Below are positions 28,424-37,700 of a DNA stretch of 64,000 nt, piece by piece (position 1 is the first letter of the stretch; every line of letters begins with the position of its first letter). This DNA is from an uncultured Bacteroidales bacterium. GTDB taxonomy: Bacteria; Bacteroidota; Bacteroidia; Bacteroidales; VadinHA17. The stretch spans positions 3,978-67,977 of the forward strand of contig CAWKJD010000021.1 in NCBI GenBank assembly GCA_963849945.1. Reading direction: 5' to 3'. The position numbers were made by a program, and so were the translations under genes. Under the pieces are notes generated by a model, which saw nothing but the letters and a program-made list of their open reading frames with translations, was not told the origin of the DNA and did not search any database.

Positions 28424-29568
28424 AGATAGATACGACATTGTCACGGGTAATTAAAAAAGATGCCATTCAGGTGGAGAAAGAAGAGAAGAAAAGAAGTATA
28501 TGGTCAAAAGAGATAACATTTACACCTTCAGCAGGCAAAAATACTTTTAAAGCTCACTTTTTTGCCGAATTGGCACTGTTGATAAGTTCAGGCATGGATG
28601 TCCGGAGATCACTTGATATAATTGAGGGTGGCACGGCAAAGGAGAAGGAGCGCAACCTGCTGGCACGGATAAAAGAATCGGTTGTCAATGGTTCATCGTT
28701 ATCAGAAGCCATGGGTGAGACTGGCAGGTTTGAGCTGTATGATACCATGACGCTGACAATAGGAGAAGAGACTGGCGCATTATCTGAGGTGCTGAACAGC
28801 CTGTCAGTTTATTATTCAAAGAAAATTTCCCAGCGACGGCAGATTGTAGGCGCTCTGACATATCCGACTCTTGTGCTTGCAACAACATTAGTTAGTCTTG
28901 TTTTCATGCTGAACTACATAGTACCCATGTTTGAGGATGTCTTTCAGCGGTTCCGGGGAGAGCTGCCACCGCTCACAAAGGCCATTATTGCTGTCTCTGA
29001 TTCATTCATGAATGTATTCTGGGTACTATTGATAATCATGTTGATAGTCATATATATTTCCCTGACAAATCGCAAAAGGGATTGGTTCAGGTCTTTAAAG
29101 GCAAGCCTTTCGGGCAGGACGCCAGTTTTCGGAGAGATAGTAATGCTCACCTATAAGGTCAGGTATTGTCAGACGCTGGCGCTGCTGGTTTCTTCCAGGA
29201 TACATCTGCTTAAAGCCCTAGGGATGATAAAGAATATTATTGGTTATTATCCCCTTGAAAAAGACATGGATGAGATAATTGAGAAGATATCCGCCGGCCT
29301 ATCCTTGTCAGAGGCTATGGAGTCAAGCGCCTTTTTTGACAGGAAGATGATAGCAATGACAAAGGTAGGTGAGGAGGTTAATCGACTTGACACGATTTAT
29401 GGGCAATTATACAGGCAATACAGTGATGAGCTGGATGTTAAGATCAAGACCATGAACAACCTGCTTGAGCCTCTGCTAATTATTTTTGTTGGCCTGATGG
29501 TTGGTGTTATCCTTATTGCAATGTACCTGCCGATATTTCAGCTGGGGGTAAATATTAGCGGAAGCTAG
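28420..29568 (+). CDS. GspF/PilC-family inner-membrane platform protein
   Basis: Duplicated T2SS-F type repeats. The C-terminus LLEPLLIIFVGLMVGVILIAMYLPIFQL is typical. Confidence 0.9.
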   Translation: MKIDTTLSRVIKKDAIQVEKEEKKRSIWSKEITFTPSAGKNTFKAHFFAELALLISSGMDVRRSLDIIEGGTAKEKERNLLARIKESVVNGSSLSEAMGETGRFELYDTMTLTIGEETGALSEVLNSLSVYYSKKISQRRQIVGALTYPTLVLATTLVSLVFMLNYIVPMFEDVFQRFRGELPPLTKAIIAVSDSFMNVFWVLLIIMLIVIYISLTNRKRDWFRSLKASLSGRTPVFGEIVMLTYKVRYCQTLALLVSSRIHLLKALGMIKNIIGYYPLEKDMDEIIEKISAGLSLSEAMESSAFFDRKMIAMTKVGEEVNRLDTIYGQLYRQYSDELDVKIKTMNNLLEPLLIIFVGLMVGVILIAMYLPIFQLGVNISGS

Positions 29569-29737
29569 ACCGGATTTGATGTCTTGATCATACGCCACTT
29601 GAGTAGTATTATTAGTTAATGTGATGTGGTATAAAAGAGGAAGGTTAGATTAAATTGTGTCATGTTTACATCTTGTCATCATCATCATTAATCGGTTTCT
29701 TTGCGTCAAGATAACTACATTATTTTGAATAAAATGA

Positions 29738-30312
29738 ATCCAATACCATTATACACTCAGGGCTTCATATCCTGATCAGATATGGCATGCCGATATAACC
29801 ATTGTAAAAACCCGTGATGGCATGAAATACTTTGTTTATCTGCTTAGGATAATTTTCCAAGGTTCATTCTCAGTTGGAGGATTGAAGAGGTGGTTTCTGG
29901 CAGAATAAGAGTAGAGACAATCAGGGAAGCCTATAATAAATATCACAACAAACATACTGCCACAACACTTTTAACAGACGGCGGTCCTGAAAATGACAAT
30001 AATGAGATGGAACGGTTCATTTTAAATGAAGCTACCGGATTTAATTCTGCTGTTGAATTAAAAGATATTCCGTTTTCAAACTCCATGATTGAAGCTCAAA
30101 ACAAACCTTTCAAATATCGGTATCTGTTCCGTCAGGAATATTCCACAGGCAGCGACCTAAAACGAATCTTTGCGGAAGATCTGTTTGACTACAATATTCG
30201 AAGGCCACATGTCTCACTACGTGGTTATACACCGGGAGAAGCTTATTCCGGATTGTCGGAAATGGAAATGATATGGTCTAACCAGATCAGACAGGCCAAA
30301 AGGGATAGGTAG
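29738..30312 (+). pseudogene. 5'-truncated, frameshifted DDE (rve-type) transposase remnant
   Basis: PDQIWHADITIVKT (first D), then a frame change at about 29845 before DNFPRFILSWRI (second D). Then TDGGPEN (E) and YNIRRPHVSLRGYTPGEAY. No N-terminal HTH part. Confidence 0.75.
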
Positions 30313-30336
30313 GCAGCGAACAGAATTGAGGCATGC

Positions 30337-30502
30337 AACCTGTGTCGGTAGATATGAAGAGAAACAGGAAAGAACAGCAACAACAATTGCTATAGTACTT
30401 CATGGCTGGAGATATCCCAACATAACATATTAATATTTAAGACCTTATTGTCACTTGTTGCAATATTGCAGCAAATTTTCTAAATTTACCTTAGAAATAG
30501 CT
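30337..30502 (+). repeat. ~166-bp direct repeat, copy 1 (partner at 39212-39378)
   Basis: 34 identical nt (tgtcggtagatatgaagagaaacaggaaagaaca), then roughly 85% identity by eye. Contains the near-palindrome TTGTTGCAATATTGCAGCAA. Confidence 0.8.
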
Positions 30503-30515
30503 CGGCTGGCCTCTT

Positions 30516-30540
30516 AAAGCAAAACCCCGGTCGCCCAGGG
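30516..30540 (-). terminator. GNRA-loop hairpin plus U-tract, second copy of the module at 9051-9075
   Basis: The minus strand reads CCCTGG-GCGA-CCGGGG-TTTTGCTTT. Confidence 0.45.
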
Positions 30541-30587
30541 TTCTGACTTATCCCTGCAATAATACCATAGAAGAGAAAACACATAAC

Positions 30588-31001
30588 ATGGATTCACAAA
30601 ACATTCATGAAATAGGATTCATCAAGTCTTTTGTTGTTAAAGAAAAGCAAGAACGCTTTTTATCATTGATACAAAACAAAAAAAAAAGAAAAAAACTCCG
30701 TCTATTATTAGCTCATAATATTGTCCTAAATGAAAAGGATAATATTCTTAAAAAGGAAGATTACTCCGAAGAAAGAATCTACATGCTGTTGAAAAAATAT
30801 GGGGCCCCAAGTATTTGCCATATAATATGTGAAAGTTCAAAGTATGATTATACTGAAACTGATTTGAAAGAAGCTTTACATGAACTATATACTTTAGATT
30901 TTGGATATATTATTTCATGCATTCCAGGAAAATTAGCCTATTATCAAGGAGAGCACCCTTCTTGTCGAGTAATATTACTTAATCAAATATCAAATGTGTG
31001 A
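30588..31001 (+). CDS. hypothetical protein (137 aa) with internal A10 and A7 tracts
   Basis: ATG ORF convergent with, and overlapping by 19 nt, the immunity gene of locus 2. NKKKRKK is encoded by aac-A10-g-A7. Confidence 0.45.
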   Translation: MDSQNIHEIGFIKSFVVKEKQERFLSLIQNKKKRKKLRLLLAHNIVLNEKDNILKKEDYSEERIYMLLKKYGAPSICHIICESSKYDYTETDLKEALHELYTLDFGYIISCIPGKLAYYQGEHPSCRVILLNQISNV

Positions 31002-31294
31002 AAATCCCCAAAACGTAACTCACCTGATTCGCTTACATCTATTGCTATGTTCATTATACCCGCATTTATTTCGTAACTTTTACATCTTTCAGAAAAAGGT
31101 TCAACATCTTCTATATGAATAAAATCGAGATTTAAATCTTTTACGGCTTTTTTCACTTTATCTATAAAATCCTCAGCACTAACAGCAATCGCTAATATAT
31201 TTACATATGCCCCCTTTGAACCACCCAGTAGATCATTGTCTGGTCTACTGGATACTTGTGCTAATCCAATCCAAATATTATGGTTAATATTCAT
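30983..31294 (-). CDS. candidate Rhs immunity protein of locus 2 (104 aa, no signal peptide)
   Basis: The Met at 31294 (MNINHNIWIGLAQV) overlaps the rhs stop codon (31284-31286) by 11 nt. The longer ORF to 31441 would lie inside the rhs coding sequence. Confidence 0.6.
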   Translation of the reverse strand: MNINHNIWIGLAQVSSRPDNDLLGGSKGAYVNILAIAVSAEDFIDKVKKAVKDLNLDFIHIEDVEPFSERCKSYEINAGIMNIAIDVSESGELRFGDFHTFDI

Positions 31295-34200
31295 GGTGTG
31301 TGCTATTTGGCTTCTTTTCGCCGTCTTTATTAGTTGGATGATAATGGTCTCCTCCTTTTTTAGGATTTGTATGTTTAACCGGGGCACCTTTACCGTAATT
31401 CCTTGCAGCGTCTTTAGCTCCTTTTTGGGTTGAATGTTCAACAGTATTTACTTGTGGTTCTCCACTAGGGCCCAATTTGTTGCCATACTTATCTGTTGCC
31501 CTACCTGCAGATGTTTGACTCGCAGGTTTTGAACTTGTTGTACCAGGTTTATTTTCGGGTAGTCTCCCTTTTTGAGCTGCAAGATTTTTTGTACCTTGAA
31601 CAGCTAAAACCGTACCCTCTGCCACGTTTGCCATTCCACTGAGAACTAAACCGCCACCTCCAGCAAGAGTTACAGTCGAAGTGCCACCAGATTCTAATTC
31701 AACTGCAACAGAAGCCGTTGCAGTTGCAGTACCCAAAGCAATTTGGTCTTTACCCCCTTCTACCATTGAAGCACCTAAAAGGACACTAAAAGAATCACCC
31801 AGGTTCTGTCCCCTATTAAAATCATCTGCATCCGTTACATGGCTTGCAGCATTCGTGCGAGCATTAGTTAATCCACCAGTAGCATTATCAACAACAGCAG
31901 CAAAAAAACCAAGAACAACATCCCAAGCAGTGTCTCCGGCAGGATCAATTCTTCTAATAGGATTATTCCCTACATATACATAAGGACCATATGCAAAATA
32001 ACTTTCAGCATCAGGATCCACTACATGCCATCTCCCAATCTGTGGGTCATAGAACCTGGCGCCGTAATCATACCATTGCAAGCTCGCTCCTCCAAAGTCA
32101 TCATCCTGCAATTCTTTTTCATTGTAAAGGTATTTATTATTAGAAGCCCCATTTGCATAAGCTATCATACCAAAAGGATAGTAGTCTACCTTCTGCGTTG
32201 AGATCAATGTATCTCCAGATGGTTTAAATGAAGCTCTGATATTGCCCAAATGATCTTTCAGAAAATACTCATAATCATAAGTAGAGCCTGTTACGTTAAC
32301 GACTCCTTCATCAAAATGAATTAATACAGGTAACATATTGTTATCATACTCATAAGTGCCTGTATAGTACCTGTCAGTGATATTTCCGTCTGATATCAAA
32401 CGCTTCTTAAGCTTAACTCCAGTAGCATCGTAGGTGTACATCACCTTATGTGTTGCATCATGTATGACTTCCGAAGGTAAATTTAAGTAATTATATTTAA
32501 TTTTAACAATACCTTTATTAAGATCCTTTATCATGTTACCATTACTATCATACTCGTACTCCTGTCCGCTTGAATACTCATGCCCATCAATAAATCCGTG
32601 ACCCTTCTGACCTTGATCTTCAACTGCAATTAACATATTTCCTTCATAATAATATCCTAGATTGTCAAGGTCAGTATAAACAGTATCGCTCTCCTCCCCT
32701 GATCGGTTCAGACTTAAGATGTTTCCGTTGAGGTCGTAGCTCCCTACCGACTCATTATATTTACCACTTAATTGATCAAGTTCCGGACCTTGTCCATAAA
32801 CAGATGTCGTTAGTCTGTTGAGTGCATCATATCTGAAGCTATAGCCCTTAAGATCTTCGGCGTTTTGCTTCCACTTCATTCCCGAAATATTACCATTGTA
32901 CATTGGCAGGGCACCAAGTGATCCTACTCCTGTAGTGTCATTGTACTGCAGGCTCAGAGCAAACAGGTTGTCACTGGTGGTCTCTGGATCGTTTATATCT
33001 GTAAGCCAGCCCCTGATATTGTAAGTGTAATCAATATTCTGGAGATAATAGCCATTTGAAGTTTCATGCAGTTGTTTTGTCTTAAGCTGCCCTATCTCAT
33101 TATACGACATCTTAGCCATATGGACGGTATCTTTACCTACAATTTCATGGTAAATGTCCTTTGGTCTATATACATGGTCAAGATCATTCCAACGGTTTAT
33201 AATAACAGGGGAAGTGGTAGCGGTATCCTTGTAGATGACAAGCCTTGATTTTAAAACATTACCAATAAAGTCGTATTTGTTCAAAGTAACCTCTTTCCCT
33301 CCAAAGATATTTTCATTGAACACACGAAGAACTCTGTACTTATCATCATAGTATGTAGCCGTCAGCAGGTACTTTTCTTCTCCGAGGACTTTTGCCAAAA
33401 ATCCGGTAACCTTCCCTTTTATGTAATAATTTACAAGGCTATCCGGATAATCACCATCAATGTTAAAACTTCCGGTAAAGCTGGTAATGATATTGCCAGC
33501 GTCAAAGTCATAATTATCATAGTAAGTTACCGTTAGTATCTCATCGCCGGCTCCCAATACGGGAAACGATTGGTTGGTGTAACCAAAGTTCTCGTCTGTG
33601 AAGTCACCGGTCATATCTTCATAATAAACAGTCATACTGGCATTTACCAGTGACTGCATACTGTCACGGGTAATGACGACATTATTATGGTGGAGACCTG
33701 TCATTACCGGCCTGTTAAGCCTGTCGTATTTAGTAAACAACCATTTTGTGCTGTCACGCAGGTTGCCATCCTGAGTCATGACAAGACGATCTCGTTTATC
33801 ATAGACCATATAAACAGGTGCCACACCCGGAAGCTTTTTTACCGACATGCGCTTGCGGGTATCATACTCGTAATAATAGCACAGAGAATCTATTAAAGAA
33901 TCCGAAGTATCCAGTGTATCAACTGACGTCATGAAAACTGCTGCCTTGGGGGGAATGACATATCGCAATAATCCGAAGTCATCATACACATAATAGGTCT
34001 TTGCTTTCAAGGTATCTGAATCCGATACTTTCAGCACAACCTGGCCCTGTAAATCCTTATACTCCGAGTTCCACACTCCGTTCTCGTCACGTAGCTCATT
34101 CTTATATAAAGTACCTGCATCATAATAATCCGTACTTACCAGTTGGTCATTTGCATTGACACTGAACATTATTACCTCGTCTGCTACAATGGTGCCATAA

Positions 34201-34682
34201 TTTAAATGCATAGCATGATCATTACCCGATTCTTCCGGTTGCCATAACACTCCCGGTGCTCCCTGTTTAAGTACCCGGTTAAGTGGTGAGGCTTCAAAGA
34301 TTGTCTCAGACCATGGATTGGCATCCCGGGCAACCGTTGAGTCCACAGCTGTGTAAAATGCCAGCTGTTCATTCTTGGCCGATGTGTGCAATACCCTCGA
34401 TGTGGCGTCAGATACATAGGGCAGATATTTTCGACTTTCTCTTCCAAAGGCATCGTACTCAATATGCTGGACTATGTCACTCATCTCCGGGCTGGCTGAC
34501 ACATCTATTACCTGCACCGGTCGGCCGAGACCATCATAATAAGTGAGCGTCGGATTGTAACTTTCTCCATTATAGACTTTCTCAATGATGTAGTTGTAAC
34601 TGGTCTGAGAATACAGGTATTCTACTCTGCATATCAAGACCATTAAGATCACGGTGGCTTGTATAAATTGTTTTACTTTCAT
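31284..34682 (-). CDS. RHS repeat toxin, paralog of 9644..13051 with a different C-terminal tip
   Basis: Same signal peptide and DUF6443-like start. Core end [20 protein letters not shown]. The tip has a Gly/Ala-rich hydrophobic stretch and a basic His/Lys-rich end, GGDHYHPTNKDGEKKPNSTHHEY. Confidence 0.9.
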   Translation of the reverse strand: MKVKQFIQATVILMVLICRVEYLYSQTSYNYIIEKVYNGESYNPTLTYYDGLGRPVQVIDVSASPEMSDIVQHIEYDAFGRESRKYLPYVSDATSRVLHTSAKNEQLAFYTAVDSTVARDANPWSETIFEASPLNRVLKQGAPGVLWQPEESGNDHAMHLNYGTIVADEVIMFSVNANDQLVSTDYYDAGTLYKNELRDENGVWNSEYKDLQGQVVLKVSDSDTLKAKTYYVYDDFGLLRYVIPPKAAVFMTSVDTLDTSDSLIDSLCYYYEYDTRKRMSVKKLPGVAPVYMVYDKRDRLVMTQDGNLRDSTKWLFTKYDRLNRPVMTGLHHNNVVITRDSMQSLVNASMTVYYEDMTGDFTDENFGYTNQSFPVLGAGDEILTVTYYDNYDFDAGNIITSFTGSFNIDGDYPDSLVNYYIKGKVTGFLAKVLGEEKYLLTATYYDDKYRVLRVFNENIFGGKEVTLNKYDFIGNVLKSRLVIYKDTATTSPVIINRWNDLDHVYRPKDIYHEIVGKDTVHMAKMSYNEIGQLKTKQLHETSNGYYLQNIDYTYNIRGWLTDINDPETTSDNLFALSLQYNDTTGVGSLGALPMYNGNISGMKWKQNAEDLKGYSFRYDALNRLTTSVYGQGPELDQLSGKYNESVGSYDLNGNILSLNRSGEESDTVYTDLDNLGYYYEGNMLIAVEDQGQKGHGFIDGHEYSSGQEYEYDSNGNMIKDLNKGIVKIKYNYLNLPSEVIHDATHKVMYTYDATGVKLKKRLISDGNITDRYYTGTYEYDNNMLPVLIHFDEGVVNVTGSTYDYEYFLKDHLGNIRASFKPSGDTLISTQKVDYYPFGMIAYANGASNNKYLYNEKELQDDDFGGASLQWYDYGARFYDPQIGRWHVVDPDAESYFAYGPYVYVGNNPIRRIDPAGDTAWDVVLGFFAAVVDNATGGLTNARTNAASHVTDADDFNRGQNLGDSFSVLLGASMVEGGKDQIALGTATATASVAVELESGGTSTVTLAGGGGLVLSGMANVAEGTVLAVQGTKNLAAQKGRLPENKPGTTSSKPASQTSAGRATDKYGNKLGPSGEPQVNTVEHSTQKGAKDAARNYGKGAPVKHTNPKKGGDHYHPTNKDGEKKPNSTHHEY

Positions 34683-34701
34683 GATGGTCATCATTACAGG
34701 T

Positions 34702-37700
34702 TTACTCTTCCAAATAATCTCCCTGGAACACGGTAATCGTTTTGGTAATACCTCCACCGCTGACAGTGATGGTGCCCGTCCTAGACCCTGAAAACAGCCT
34801 GGAACAATTCACGGTAATTGAAGAGGAATTACTTCCACTGGTCGGAGAAACACTTATCCAACTAAGGTTCTCCGTGACGGTCCAATTCACATTGGAAGAA
34901 ATTGTAACAGAACTGGAACCATAGGAAAGATTAAAATAGAGATGATCTGTGCTTAAATTGAGGAAGTTAGGACACTCAAAGATGACAGATATTGTGTGGT
35001 TAGAAATTACTCCGTTAAAGGTATAACTTGTCACAGCACCAACGGATACCCCGTCAACAAGTACATCGGCTATGGAACAGCCTGTGTCAGCAGTAAAGCT
35101 ATATGTTATGTCCGAACCATAGATAACATTAGTACTTCCAGAAGGGGTGATAGTACCATTGCCGGTCTTGCCGGCTGTAATCGTATATGTGCCTATAACC
35201 CTATCGTTAAACTCGTCTTGTATATGATAGGAATAATCCTTAATGAGATTATATTCATTATCCCGCACTGCACAAAGGCGACCGAAAGAATCATATTCAT
35301 AATATGTCGCCTTACCATTAGCATCTGTCACAGAAGAAATGCCATAAGGTAAATTATATGTATATGTTGTTACTAAAGAATTTGGAAGCAATTGCCTCAA
35401 TAGACTTAGGGAATCACGTAATTCATCTTCATCTGTCTTAGTATTTTCCGAATTTGATTTAGACATAATGTTTGATACCAATTGAGTAATTGATGCTGAC
35501 ATTTCCGAGTAAGAGAAACCCTCAATTTTGGCTATCGGTTGAGTTTGCTTATAACCCCAGATGTAAACTGTTGAGATATCATCAACTTTTTTAACCTCAA
35601 CGGGATTCCCATTTTCATCATAAACGTTTATAAAGACCTTGTCTTCCAAAGGATTTTCATCAAAGGACGACTGTATCTTTTGAGGTAATAGCTCTGAATT
35701 ATAAATCGTTCTTTGTGTTGACAATTTCTTCTGTGAAAGACCACCTTCGATAATTGTATCGTTATACTCAGGAAGAGTGAAGTAATTTCCTATATAACGT
35801 TCTGTCTGGACTGGTACAGACCATATATGTGACGAACTTAACAATTGATAATTGTTCACCTCAGTTTCGCTCAATCCGGTTATGGGAGCATGTGGAGGAT
35901 AATAATATTTTGTCTCATAGACTTTTTCAATATTGCTGGTTTTAATATAGATTTCTGTTGGTAGTCCAACTAAACTTCCATATCGAAACTTCTTTTTCGA
36001 TACCAACTTTCTGTAAGAAAAGTCATCAATACTATCTAAATGAATAGGATCAATATAATCTTTAGATATGATAGAATCAATATTGAACTTGTGAGAGAAT
36101 GTCCTATAAAGACCTAAATAAAGGCCGCCTGTTGTGGTCGAATTATCTTGCTCACAGCAGATATCAAATAATCTTCTGATGATCATATTTGTGACAGGTT
36201 TATTCGGTATTTCTTTATAAGTATAATCAACGCTTTGAATCTTATATAACTGATTATTATTCCCTCTTTCTATAAAGGTTTGATTTTCAAGTTTCGAATT
36301 GAACATATCAGAATTCTCTAATTCATTATCATATTGTTTGCCATCGTTCCCAAAATATGAGTATGGACCACTAGGTTCGACGATCTTGAATTTCTTCTGA
36401 ATGCCCCCATTTTCCAAGCTATCTCCTCCATAACTTACTGTAACATATCGATAAAGCCAGGCATTATCATTTGAAGGAAATAATGACTTTATGGTATTAG
36501 ATTGCAAGTTAGCTACTTCATAAGTGGTAACATATGAGTCCCATGACGATGTGGGGCAAATTGAAACAATTCTGCTGAGATAATAATAAGAGCCACTGCT
36601 TGGAATTGCGGAGGAAGATTCAGCACTTTCAAGGATATCTTTGGCTTGTTTGTAATAGTATCTTTTAATAATAGGCTCTGCAGAGGCAGAGGGATAATCA
36701 TAAACCCTTTTAATTCTGATCCCTAGGCCATTATTGGCCACATTACTCTCAGTTAAATAATCGAAAAAAGCATTAACATAAACAAAGCAAGGATCAGAAG
36801 TATTCTGGGAATTTGGATCCAATTCAAGGCTAACCCGATAAACGTGGTCTTTTTCAAAATTAAATAAGAAATCTGCACTTCGAAGTGTATCTCCTGGCAA
36901 AAGATTAAATGAACGGACGGTATCTGTTAAATATTCTAAGTCCTGTACCTTCACATATATTATATAGTGGTGATTTACATCTTCACTAGAGGTTACATTA
37001 ACATGTACATTGATTTGTTGATCTAAAATGTCATTATTTGTATTTCCATATTCATCAAGCTCTGGTGCAATAAAAACATTATCTTCCAGCTTTGTATCAG
37101 GAATCAAGCCCTGATAGCTACAGTAAGTTTCAAGAAATGCTCTGGAATTAGACTGATAAATTCCTGTTGAGGGGGCTTCATATTCAAAGTAAGTATATCC
37201 CCCAGTTGGATAATACAAAGTATCTAATGTTCCCTTAGAAGCATAGGTGAAATCCGGTTCCCGATCAGCCAGGTAACTATTTATTTCCTCAAAGTTTGTT
37301 GATATATTCTTGGGTAGTAAAGTTTGATTGTTTTTGCCATTAAAATAACCTAAATGATCTTGACTAAAAGCAAATCTGTCGGGTAATCCCCCCAGATCAT
37401 TATAGGCCATCATATAGGAATATGAGGCTGAACTTGTTGGATTATTGTTGAAAGTTGCTTTGGTAAGGAAAAAACGCTGATAGTCTGAATAGTATTCCAG
37501 ATCTACTTGTAAGAAAATATTTCCAATATCTATATTTTTTACCTTAATGTTTTCCACTATCCTTCTATATTGATAACTTGAGTCAGTAAGCGTAGATTGA
37601 AAATAAATACCTACATTAGATCTTGGTGACCAGATGCTGTATAAATATCGGCCATTTGTGATTTTGTTTAACAAAGTAGTCGACTCTAAATAATTCATGT

